Shown here piece by piece: positions 13,489 through 25,260 of a stretch of 57,167 nucleotides of DNA. How positions within the stretch are numbered: position 1 is the stretch's first letter; each line of letters opens with the position of its first letter. The notes beneath the pieces were generated by a model. The model was not told the DNA's origin, searched no databases, and saw only the letters and a list, made by a program, of their open reading frames with translations. The position numbers and the translations under genes were made by a program. The DNA lies in contig JAUCBJ010004916.1 of assembly GCA_032718475.1 (NCBI GenBank), forward strand, positions 1 through 57,167. Direction: 5' to 3'. This DNA is from Nemertoderma westbladi. Its lineage: Eukaryota > Animalia > Xenacoelomorpha.

Positions 13489-14192
13489 GGGGCCATCCAT
13501 AAACGACATAACGTTTTTTAAATAAATTTTGTCAACTATAAACTATAGCTATAAACTAACAGATTATATATACTAGTTTTTCAGACATGCTCCCATGGGC
13601 ACGACATGTGGTCTGTCATGCTTATAATGCAGTTGTAGAGGTCGTAAGATAAGATTTTAAAGGTTGTCATTGGCCTATACAGTATACGTAGGCCATGTAT
13701 TGTATATCTGATATGGTTGAATCATAGAATACTGCAGTAAATTTGTACCAACCATTGGTTAAGTGGCTTTTTCTTACTACTGATGGGACCCTGAAAGTAT
13801 ACACGTTAAGCCCCGTTCACATCCAACGGTGCGTGAGCGGTAAAGTAGTAAGCCAGCGGTACACTACCCGGAGCCCGTTCACACCCAACGGTTCCGTTGT
13901 GGTAACGGATTGTCTATCTGTGGACTGTGAATTCAACAGGAAATTACATTGATTGTTTTAATATTGTTTAAATGGGCTGCGGTACACCGCGCGGTTTAGC
14001 GCACAACTAACTACCTGTTGGGTCGTTCACAGTCAGCGGTGTACCGTTCCGTTGGATGTGAACGGGCCTTTATGCATTTAATATACAGTAATTTTATCGG
14101 AAACTAATAATGTGACGTCACGATATTGCGGACACGCCCTTCCCCCCTCGTCACGAAATATCCCCCCCTGTCCAGCATTTATGGATGGCTCC
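13489..14192. mobile_element. PIF/Harbinger-type MITE
   Basis: 15-bp TIR ggggccatccataaa / tttatggatggctcc; TAA TSD. Confidence 0.8.
13809..14069. mobile_element. PIF/Harbinger-type MITE nested in the previous one
   Basis: 21-bp TIR agccccgttcacatccaacgg / ccgttggatgtgaacgggcct; TTA TSD. Confidence 0.85.
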
Positions 14193-14740
14193 TAATTATA
14201 AATTTCATTGCTTAACAATTGAATAGTTTGCGCTAAATTTGAAACCTTGAGGGCCACACCAATAAACTTAATGGGTAATATAAAATACTCAGCAATAATT
14301 ATTTTATAATATAATCAATAACAATTTCGCAAAACTCTTTCAGATGTTAAATTAATTTTTACTTTGTTTTTGATGAACCAAATCACAGAGCTGCTAGTAT
14401 AAAGGTCCATACATCAACTCGTTGTCTATCAATTGCACACAAAATCAGAACCACACTGTCACCAGTGGAGTACCAGTGGATACTTTAAGTAATTAAATAA
14501 GTAAATGGGGTTAAAAAAAAAGTGGACCTTGCGAAAGCAGCAACGCATGTTGGGTGGTAGTCTAATTATTCACCATCATATTCCATTAAATAAAGTATCA
14601 TTTTTTCCACTTCAGGTTCTTATTTTATTAATATTTCACTTACTGTAAATGTTCCAGTTGTTGTTGTAGATTTTGAATAAATTTAATATATTTATTGTTA
14701 TTATCGCCCCTCTCACTTATAACACTTTATAGGCAAAATG

Positions 14741-15366
14741 TTTGTTTGGTACCACGGGGTAACATTTGTTATGGTACCCCGGGGTAACATTTGTTATGGT
14801 ACCACGGGGTAACATTTGTTATGGTACCACGGGCGGGGTAACATTTTTTATGGTACCACGGGGTAACATTTGTTATGGTACCACGGGGTAACATTTGTTA
14901 TGGTACCACGGGGTAACATTTGTTATGGTAACACGGGGTAACATTTGTTATGGTACCACGGGGTAACATTTGTTATGGTAACACGGGGTAACATTTGTTA
15001 TGGTACCACGGGGTAACATTTGTTATGGTACCACGGGGTAACATTTGTTATGGTACCACGGGGTAACATTTGTTATGGTACCACGGGGTAACATTTGTTA
15101 TGGTACCACGGGGTAACATTTGTTATGGTACCACGGGGGGGGGGGGGGGGGGGGGGTAACATTTGTTATGGTACCACGGGTAACATTTGTTATGGTAACA
15201 CGGGGTAACATTTGTTATGGTACCACGGGGTAACATTTGTTATGGTACCACGGGGTAACATTTGTTATGGTAACACGGGGTAACATTTGTTATGGCACCA
15301 CGGGGTAACATTTGTTATGGTACCACGGGGTAACATTTGTTATGGTACCACGGGGTAACATTTGTT
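14741..15366 (+). repeat. 25-bp minisatellite, block 1 (gttatggtaccacggggtaacattt)
   Basis: Near-perfect tandem copies; one G-run expansion at ~15135-15156. Confidence 0.97.
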
Positions 15367-17660
15367 GTCTCCCCTAAATCCCGTAATAATTCCTATCATA
15401 ATTTCCGTACTAAAAGTGTTATTTATTTTTTACGCAAATTGTGTTATATAGTACGCAAATTGTGTTATATTGTACGGAAATTTGTAGCATTTTTGAAATC
15501 GTCAAGTTGTATTAATTTTCTAGAATATTAGCTACAGCATTTTTACATAATTATACTAAGGTAAGGATTCCACATGAACATTATTCTATTGGCCTACAAT
15601 TATTCTAGAAAATTTTAAGTTTCCCATTTCATTTAGCGCAATGGAGGCTACTATACTATACAGAGACTAGGCCATCATAAATAATTTTAAAGTTATTCTG
15701 GTATGTATTCAAGGTTATCACTTAGCCACAGTTGTGAAAAAATATAGCACTAAATTTTTTATCCTAATTGAGCGACAAGTCGTAATTACGAATGCGGCCC
15801 CTTAACTGGGCAACTCTCTCCCTCTCCGCTATATTTTTTACAAATCTTTAATGATATCAGGAAAACTTTGAAATATAGATAGGCAGTATGCACTCGAATT
15901 TTTCGGTAGGTGGGAGAAATTAACTTTCTCACTACTTACTTTGCAAGCGTTTGCAAAAAGTGTCTCCTCAATATTGCACCCTTTGTACATCAAGAAATAT
16001 TGGTATCTTTTTGCTGCTTTGTTGTTGCCGCTGGAAAGGCGGCATACAAGAATACAAGAGTAATGTATGTAAAGTGCAGGCTGACTTGACTGGCATATTG
16101 GCATTATTGCATTTCCTCTGATGTTTTGTGTGGCCATTTATTTGGTACGCAGCAAACTTCGGCCGGAGAAAACTTCGCTCTCAAAATGATTATTAGCAAC
16201 ATTGTTTATTGTTTTGGTTAGAAAAAGTCATATGTAACCTGCCGTTTCTGTAATCTGCTCATTTCCCCCGATCAGACGAAGATTGGACGCGGGTGAAGAC
16301 GCGCCAAACCATTTATTTAACTAATATTCTTGAAATACAAAACTATTTACATGATTGTGTGAAAACTAGCACTTCTCAGAGTTATGACCCGAGTGTATTT
16401 ATGTAACGAGCGAGTGGAGCGAGTGAGGTTTACATAAATATAAACGCTGTTAACAGAACAGTGCCCTTTTCACACAATGGCTGAATGATGTATTGGGTGC
16501 GTAATTTTGTTACATTATGTAAACTTGTCTGCGTTTTCAACGCTTAAAATTATTATATTTAATATTGAAATGTTCACTCTCTAGTGATATAAGTGAGATT
16601 GATATCCTTTTTAAGAAATTGCTTGCAGTTATTGTAACAAATGTAACGTAAATAATGTTACACTTACAGTACAATATGGCTCTCATCGATAGACTGAGAA
16701 CAGTCAAGACGTTTAGGAGTTTATTGCTATTAAATTATGAATACTTTACAGGGTTCCGTCCTATAGGCCGCAATGCTGTAAATGGTACCTCGCTCGTTGT
16801 GGATGTGGAGATATCACTAGAACGCTGATAAGTTGTCATAATAATGTAACAAAATACATAATATGTTCTAGAATGGTTTGTATGTTAAATAGTCCGATGG
16901 CAGAGGTATGAGAATGAAAATGGTGGGAATGGGCGTCGCCTAAATCCTGAGTGCCTTGGAGTGAGTTTCACAAAACGGTAGATCCATCTCTTAGAAACGC
17001 TGACCAACCATTCTGCCAAATTAACTACAGCTGTGTCACAATGTATCTACAATGTTCTCCTGTACCACCATATTAAACAAAAACCCCCATGAGAGGATCA
17101 GCTTAGCCTGACTTCGCTGAGACCCGAGCCGTGAAATATGTCTTCCGCCAATGAAGAAAGAGCAACAATGAGTAATAATTCAATTAAACTGATTAGTCTG
17201 TCACCTGCCCGCAGTCGAAATATTGAGGGAGGGAATTTTCTACTGTAACATCATCAATGGTCAGTCTATTTACATAGAGAAATTAAATAAAAACGCTTAA
17301 ATTACTTACTGTATTATTACTTGCAATTATTTCCCGCTAAAATATTGAGTTTTTTAAATAGAGTCCGTAATAAATACCGTTATTTATATTATCCCCCAAA
17401 AATTCCATGCCCCATTTTCTTTACTCTCCCCCAAACAAAACCCTTTTAGAATTGTTAACCTTCTCAGGGAGACAACACATTTATTGAACTGTTATTTGTT
17501 ATTTTGTACGGATATTTTGTACTCGTAACTATTATTTCGTCCTCGGACGTGTTATAAGTCCTCGGCTTCGCCTCGGACGTTATAACAGTCCTTGGACGAA
17601 ATAATAGTTACTCGTACAAAATATCCGTACAAAATAACAAATAACAGTTCAATAAAGATA
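15367..17660 (+). mobile_element. Hairpin-terminated insertion 1 (unclassified, possibly Crypton-like non-autonomous)
   Basis: Interrupts the 25-mer at GTT, which is duplicated; 177-bp palindrome 17480-17656 with cctcggcttcgcctcgg centre at its right end. Confidence 0.6.
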
Positions 17661-18288
17661 GTTATGGTACCACGGGGTAACATTTGTTATGGTACCACGG
17701 GGTAACATTTGTTATGGTACCACGGGGTAACATTTGTTATGGTACCACGGGGTAACATTTGTTATGGTACCACGGGGTAACATTTGTTATGGTACCACGG
17801 GGTAACATTTGTTATGGTACCACGGGGTAACATTTGTTATGGTACCACGGGGTAACATTTGTTATGGTACCACGGGGTAACATTTGTTATGGTACCGCGG
17901 GGTAACATTTGTTATGGTACCACGGGGTAACATTTGTTATGGTACCGCGGGGTAACATTTGTTATGGTACCACGGGGTAACATTTGTTATGGTACCACGG
18001 GGTAACATTTGTTATGGTACCACGGGGTAACATTTGTTATGGTACCACGGGGTAACATTTGTTATGGTACCACGGGGTAACATTTGTTATGGTACCACGG
18101 GGTAACATTTGTTATGGTACCACGGGGTAACATTTGTTATGGTACCACGGGGTAACATTTGTTATGGTACCGCGGGGTAACATTTGTTATGGTACCACGG
18201 GGTAACATTTGTTATGGTACCGCGGGGTAACATTTGTTATGGTACCGCGGGGTAACATTTGTTATGGTAACACGGGGTAACATTTGTT
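17661..18288 (+). repeat. 25-bp minisatellite, block 2
   Basis: ~25 near-perfect copies, same orientation as block 1. Confidence 0.97.
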
Positions 18289-20408
18289 GTTACACATTTA
18301 TTAGCGGGATGATAACTATCCCTAATGCTGGGCTACGGCCAAAAAAGTTATTTTGCCCTAGGACAAAATAACCATGTTATTCCCTCTTAGTAGTGAAGTG
18401 TTTATCGTGACACCACGTACTGACATACAAACATAGGAACCGGTAATGCTGCTGTACTCGTCTTAGGTCTGTAGTGTGTCACATCAGGTGTAAATCAGGT
18501 ATTCAGACCACCAACTAGTTTTGTATTTCATGTTTCATTATTATTGGGCTGTGCTCCACTAGACAGCAAGGCCTATTTATGTCTCATTAATCACCTCATT
18601 GTCATACTCATACTGACGACTTATACTGACGGCACTGACCTATGACTAAACTTTCAATTTCCACAGCAAATTAAGAGGTACCGGTACAGTAGGCCTACAT
18701 GGTGTCACAGTCCAGAGTCGCACCGTACCAGGTCTGCAGCCTGCAGCCCTGCAGGGAGGTCTAGTTTGGCCTGTATTTATATTGGCTGCAAGGTACCGTA
18801 CTACCTCGTACTGCAGTGAGGCGTTTCTACAGTTCCTTCCTCCTAAATGTTAAAAAAAGATATCTAAGAATGACGTTTAAATACGTTCGCCCCTTTCTGC
18901 CTTTTCCTTTTTAATACAGACATTGAAACGTTTTAATATTAAAGTAAAGTAAAAAAAGTATTAACCGGTCTTCTAAGCGGAAGGTCTGGTGTTCAAGCCC
19001 CAGAACAGCCAAATTTTTGCTAGCTTCCAGTTGTACTGTAGGCTAATGGCAACCTGTCATGAGTTAAGGAGTAAAGAATATGGTTAGATAACCAGAGTAC
19101 TCGACCTTGGGAGTAGTGTGGTGCCTTCCCTGCGTTACAGATAATAGCCAAGATAATGGAGCCTTTGGGTTGTTGCCTCGGGTGTTTCCTCTTACACGTT
19201 TGAATATAACTTTACTTTGCTTTTATGCAGTTCTTAGCCAACACTACATTTTCTAGACCATACTTTGATATAGTGGAGCGGAGATAGGTGTTGGTCGACT
19301 CTAAGTGACATCCTTCTTTTAAAACTGGCATAACAACCTGTTACTATGGGAATATTAATGTTATTCATATAATGTTACTACTTAGTTAGCTCAAATATAG
19401 CTCAAAATGTGGAGAAAAAGAAGTACCTACTTTTTTTCCCTAGGGAATAATAGTTAATCATACAGTAGGCCTAGGATTGCATTGAACTTACTTTTCCCGG
19501 AGAATAATGTAAATGTGAAAATATTTTTCGTGGAATTTTTTAAACTTTATTACATGTGTTGAAAGAGCATCGAAATAGAAAATGTTTGTAGCTTTAAGTA
19601 ATATATATATATAATATCATATACATATAATATATATTCTTAATAAACTTCATATATTCCAGAACCATTAAATTAATTAACCTTTTCCTAAGTACTAAAT
19701 AATTATTTATACTAATAAATGTATTTAATGTGAACGATATACACCCCCCTTCTGTGGGTAGTGGATACATGACATGTCCACCAAAAATACTATTCAATTA
19801 ATTCAGCCAAATTAGTTATGTATCCAATTTGAAGTTTATGCAATGTTACTCCTAGCGGCCAATGTAAGAAAATAGGAATTTTAGAATGTAAACCATTTAA
19901 ATAAGTTTGACATCAATATTCACTAACAAATTCAGGTGCTTTTTTGATGATCGAATCTTACGGCGATTGGATGAATTAAGCATAGAGCTATACAACACAC
20001 ATGACACAGTAGGCCTAATGTTTTACCTTTGGAGCTTGGGTGTTATTTCCCTTGGGTAAAATAACACCTATGCAATTAATGAATTAAAGTGAAACACACC
20101 GAAATTTTCCAATGCCCTTGGGAAAAATCAATATAAACACCCCCAAAACTTTCCAAGCCCCATTTTGTAAACTCTTCCCCCAAACAATGCCCTTTTAGAA
20201 TCTGTAAATAGTTGTTAAGGGATAAAAATAATCGAAATGCATACCACAGTTAGTACATGTGTAACAACTTACTTATTCCCCAGAAGTTAGTTATTTTCCC
20301 AGTTATTTAACCCTTGGGCAGGAACACCCTCGGGCTTCGCCCTCGGGTTTTTTCCTGCCCGCGGGTTAAATAACTGGGAAAATAACTAACTTCTGGGGAA
20401 TAAGCATA
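18289..20408 (+). mobile_element. Hairpin-terminated insertion 2 (related to insertion 1)
   Basis: Same GTT junctions; 133-bp palindrome 20272-20404 with ccctcgggcttcgccctcggg centre; segment 20140-20200 similar to 17393-17452. Confidence 0.6.
18961..19225 (+). mobile_element. Possible tRNA-derived SINE, 5' degraded
   Basis: B-box-like gttcaagccc at ~18990, GC-richer body, actttactttgcttt tail. Confidence 0.4.
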
Positions 20409-20613
20409 GTTATGGTACCACGGGGTAACATTTGTTATGGTACCACGGGGTAACATTTGTTATGGTACCACGGGGTAACATTTGTTATGGTACCACGGGG
20501 TAACATTTGTTATGGTACCACGGGGTAACATTTGTTATGGTACCGCGGGGTAACATTTGTTATGGTACCACGGGGTAACATTTGTTATGGTACCACGGGG
20601 TAACATTTGTTAT
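20409..20613 (+). repeat. 25-bp minisatellite, block 3, abutting the KAT6 3' splice site
   Basis: ~8 copies ending 10 nt before the exon at 20624. Confidence 0.97.
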
Positions 20614-20623
20614 TATTTCCCAG

Positions 20624-20782
20624 CAGTTGCGCTCGCCAACCGCTATAGACTTCGGTAACTGGGAGGTCGCCACTTGGTTCTCTAGTCCTTATCCACAAGA
20701 ATACGCCAGACTACCTAAGCTATTTATCTGCGAATTCTGCCTCAAATACATGAAGAGTAAAGGTATTCTAGAACGACATATG
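20624..20782 (+). CDS. KAT6: KAT6 exon: start of MYST domain and C2HC zinc finger
   Basis: [53 protein letters not shown]; tandem cagcag acceptor (start 20624 or 20627); donor atg|gtaagt. Confidence 0.95.
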
Positions 20783-21066
20783 GTAAGTTGTTCAGATGAT
20801 ACAAGTATATTGATGTCGAATTTGGTTGTAAGTAACTTTATTTCTAGTTGTTTCCTCTCTACACCAGATTTCACATCATTATCTTATTTAATATGAAATA
20901 ATTATTAGTTATTTATGGACGATTTCTTTATTATTCCAAATCTGCCTGCATATTATATTTAATTCTATTAAACATTGGAAATTAACTCAAGAGATACAAT
21001 TGATTGTTTCTCTGAAGCACAAAAAACAAACAGGTAACAAATAGAGTTCGGTCTAGATTGATTCCT

Positions 21067-21810
21067 CTAATCCTCGTCCATATCCCCTCCTCCTCCAGCC
21101 GGGGGTTTCGGTCCACCCGCTTGTTTAGCCATTATTATTTGATCGACCTTGAGGACGGTGCAGGCGGCCACCGAGGCGAACTTGAGTGCCCAGTGCTTGG
21201 TGAGGTAGGCGTCGAGTATCCCCTTAGAGACGACGTCGGTAACGGAAGCCTCCCCCGTCGTCGCGTCGAATCCCACCGCCGTCTCGCCCCGTTGGTGGGC
21301 CGCGTACAACGCCGAGACCACCACGGTGGCTTTAACGCCCGAGTTCTCCGCGAGAGCTCTCGGAACCACCTCGAGGGCCTCTGAGAACTTCTGCACGGAG
21401 TACTGATGGAGGCCCGGGAGGCTGTCTGCGTAGGTAGCGAGTCGCGTCGCTAACTCAACCTCGCAGGCGCCGGCTCCCGGGACCAGACGAGGGTCTCTCG
21501 TCAGCGCCTTGTAGTTGTTGACCCCGTCGTCGACGGCTCTCTCAACGTCGTCCATGACGTTGTCGGTGGAGCCGCGGATGACGAGAGTGGACACGGCGGA
21601 TTCCGTCTCGAACACGACGACCGGGGTGTCGCCGACCTCGTCGATGCGAGCCGTTAGACAGCGGCCCGTCTCCTCGGGGGTGGGGGCGCCCAGGCGGGGC
21701 AGCGCCCGGGCCCCCGTCGCCCGACACAGACGGCGGAGGTCCCATTTACTGACCAGACGGACCACCATGAGGCCGTACTTGTTGGCGAAGTGTAGCGCGT
21801 GGTCGCCGAC
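21067..21810 (-). CDS. CCT8: T-complex protein 1 subunit theta, exon 2 (547 aa total)
   Basis: ccccag|VGDHALHFANKYGLMVVRLVSKWDLRRLC...DDVERAVDDGVN...VDQIIMAKQAGGPKPP...DMDED*; 188-nt intron 21811-21998; AATAAA on minus strand at 20927-20932. Confidence 0.96.
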   Translation of the reverse strand, partial: VGDHALHFANKYGLMVVRLVSKWDLRRLCRATGARALPRLGAPTPEETGRCLTARIDEVGDTPVVVFETESAVSTLVIRGSTDNVMDDVERAVDDGVNNYKALTRDPRLVPGAGACEVELATRLATYADSLPGLHQYSVQKFSEALEVVPRALAENSGVKATVVVSALYAAHQRGETAVGFDATTGEASVTDVVSKGILDAYLTKHWALKFASVAACTVLKVDQIIMAKQAGGPKPPAGGGGDMDED

Positions 21811-21998
21811 CTGGGGGGGGAGGGGAATTAAATTTAAATAAAACCTCAAAAATACCTGATATAAGATGATAGTAAGCAAAAAATATAAAAAATAAATTTA
21901 ATTAAAAAAAATTTAATTAAAAATAATATCCTAATACTAACCTTAATATAAAACATTTAGGCCTAATTATTTTGCCTTATTATATTTTCTCCGCTCAC

Positions 21999-22898
21999 CT
22001 TTCCTCCCGTTACGACAACGTCGACTCCCGCCTTCCGTATCTCGGCCACCGCTCCCTCCAACAGCTCCTCCTCCCCTTTACTATAGGCCTTCAACTCGTC
22101 GGCACTCTTTATCAACACCGTCCCTTTGGTCTCCGTCTGTAGCGCGTCGAACGGGCAGCTATAGATGGCGACGGTGACCCGATCACCGCTCGCCTTGGTG
22201 ATGTCCGTGTCCACCTTGCGTTTAAACACCATCCCGTTGAGTTGCTGTGTCGCTAGGACCCCGCAACCGAGGATCTTACAGACGCGGATATTGTCGACGT
22301 TGAATCGCTTAGCGTCCCCGTCTTTAAGCGTCCCGATACACGCGTCGGCAATCAAACCAGCGAGGAATCCTTCGGTTCCCAACTGTTTAGTAGCGATCGC
22401 CGGCGTTATCGCCTTAACGACTTCCTCTTTATTGCGGAGGTCCGTAACGGTGTGGCAGACTAGATCAGGGAGGATCTCTAAAGCCTTCTTAACCGCTAAT
22501 TCGTAGCCTTCGATAATTTCCGTAGGGGAGAGTCCCATCTTGAGCAGCTCTTCGGCCTGTTCTAGTAGAGCACCCGCGAAGATTAGAGTCAAGTTGGTTC
22601 CGTCGCCGGCCTCTTGGTCCTGTTGCTGTGAGGCGAGGACTAGAAGTTTGGCGGCCGGGTGTTGGACCTCGAGTTCCTTGAGGATGGTGGCCGCGTCGCT
22701 GGTAACGAACATCTTGTCGATGTGGTTGATTAGCATCTTGCTCATCCCGTTGGGTCCGTAGGTGGTTCGCGTGCTGGCAGCCAGTTGGCGACACGCCTCG
22801 ATGTTTTTGTACACGGCCTCGTCCAGGCCGCTGTAGTGTTGCGCACCTTCCTTCATCATTGAGGCGAACCCCGGAGCTCGTGGTACGTGTTGGGCCAT
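21999..22898 (-). CDS. CCT8: T-complex protein 1 subunit theta, exon 1 (300 codons), nested antisense in a KAT6 intron
   Basis: MAQHVPRAPGFASMMKEGAQHYSGLDEAVYKNIEAC N-terminus, GDGTN motif, TETKGTVLIKSADEL; donor AAG|gtgagc. Confidence 0.96.
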
Positions 22899-23879
22899 TG
22901 TTTTACTATTATTAAATTAAATAATGAGATCTGATACAGTGATAACTGGATAAACCAGACGAAACGCAGACAGAACAGTGCAGCAGATAGGCCTAGCAAC
23001 CTACAGACCTAGTGAAGAATTGCAATAGGCCTACAGCAATATCCAATATGAAAGATGATATAAACTACTGTGACTATGCTGCTATGACTAATGCTGTAAT
23101 GCAGTAATGTGTAATGCAGTAATGACTGTACTGCTGTATGATGGATTGCAGGATTGGACTACAGGAATCAGGAACAGCAACAGGACTAAGCACTAACTGT
23201 ACTACATCACTAACGTTCAGTACAACCGAATAAGGGCTGCAGCTGTAAAAGCGCCTTCAATGGAAACAGGTACAGGCGAAGAGGCCTACCGCAGTACCGC
23301 GTACCGGTACCAGTAGCAGTACCACAGTAAACAATACAGCAATATGCTTGCTGGTTTAGGATTCGATGCACATGTGTTGTGCACGCAGGCTGACATCAGA
23401 TAAATGGACTGACTCGTTCGTTGACTCTCAGACTGATATGAGAGGGGATTTTGTTTTCTACTCTGCCGGTAGGGGGCAGTTTGTAAAACAGGAAAGGAAC
23501 CCATAATTATTGATAATTGGACTCAGTAGTTTGGCAGACGATGTACCGTGCGCGAGCATGGATGTATTGTATACTAAATGGTTTGAGTGATTTTTGTAGG
23601 TAATATAATAAAAGTGAAACAAAAGCTGCAAGCTACTTAAGTAAGATACTACCATCTACACTGTATCGTTCAATCAATCTTTATTTTATTTTATAAATTT
23701 TATCTCGAGCCATAGCATATGTCGCATTGTTTTATATTTACTGTGTTGTTGTTGTTTTTTACTGTATTTTGTTACATTATGTCAACTTATCAGCGTTCTG
23801 GTGAATTAATCGGAATGTATTATTTCCATTTATGTTACTGAGTGCTGCTTTATTATCCAGTTTGCAGTGACGGGACTAG

Positions 23880-24400
23880 AGCTACTGTATATCCTGGAAA
23901 GCCCACTCAATAACGGCCAATGCCTTTCCCTTATGTATTTAAAGGTCCTCCACCTGACTTTCGGATCCGTGATCCCATGTGACAGAAATCATCTACGTCT
24001 TAAGCATACCATCCTTTGAGCTGTAAAAATGTTGGTCTTCTTGGTGTTTACAAAAAGCATAACAAGAAGCAGTCCGTTCTAATGAGCCGAGGAGCCGTTG
24101 GGCTCCCTCTAGTGATTCTGAGAGTACTCCTAAGTCATCAGCAAAGTCTAGATCAGTTAGGTACTTGGCAGGATTTCCTCGACTTCTGGCGTCGAGTTAC
24201 CATCATCCTATCATCTTTATGATGATCTAAGGACATGCGTAGAACATAGTCAACCACAATTATGAACAAGAATGGCGCAAGTGTGTCTCCCTGGAGGACT
24301 CCCCATAACACTTAAGAATGGTTTTGTGTCACCGTCAACAGTAGATACAAATTTCTACTGGAATACGGCCATAGTATAATTATAACAGTTCGCTGATGGT
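23880..24400 (-). mobile_element. Degraded RTE-clade RT fragment
   Basis: Minus strand GVLQGDTLAPFLFIIVVDYVLRMS and NPAKYLTDLDFADDL with frameshifts; boundaries approximate. Confidence 0.75.
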
Positions 24401-24897
24401 TCGCAGTTTTGACTCGCCCCACAATAGTTCGACTTCCAACTAATAATTCAACTGATTCACAGCAGCCATCATTGAGGATTTTCCCAACTGTAACGAATAT
24501 TACATTACTTATGGAGAAATCCAGTACGAATTCCCATGCTCCGCCGGTGTGTTCCAGAAAGTTGTTGTTCTCTATTATTCCAATAGGAAGAGCCCCATTT
24601 CCAAGAATCAAAAGTTCATTCACCTCCTTAGGAAATTCACGCAAATATTAGCTGATTATTACCAAAAATATAATTGTATCCTGTTGTATACGTATATCAT
24701 TATCATAACAATGTCTTACCAAAACAAGGGAAGCAATCATTGGGTGGACTGTCTTAAACCATTCTGGGTATCACGATCACCTCACCTTACACAAACAAAC
24801 GTTACAGTTGAGTTGAACACTGTTACACACTGCCGACAAACCTGTGCAAGATACATTAGAGGATCTAAATGCTTTTCAAAACAAATTGAACCTGTGA

Positions 24898-25170
<273 letters not shown>

Positions 25171-25260
25171 TAACCAGGTCCTGACATAATCCAAGGACTT
25201 CGATCAACATTTTTCACAAACCAAAAATATAAAAAAAAATATATAAATAGACTCATGAGT

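Noticed and set aside
14741-20613. 25-bp repeats as a CRISPR array
   Set aside because: Copies are head-to-tail with no unique spacers, there are no cas genes, and the context is a eukaryotic intron.
21058-22761. Plus-strand and alternative-frame ORFs overlapping CCT8 (likewise those over CEP83 and the KAT6 exon at 2873)
   Set aside because: Shadow ORFs of GC-rich coding exons with no independent features.
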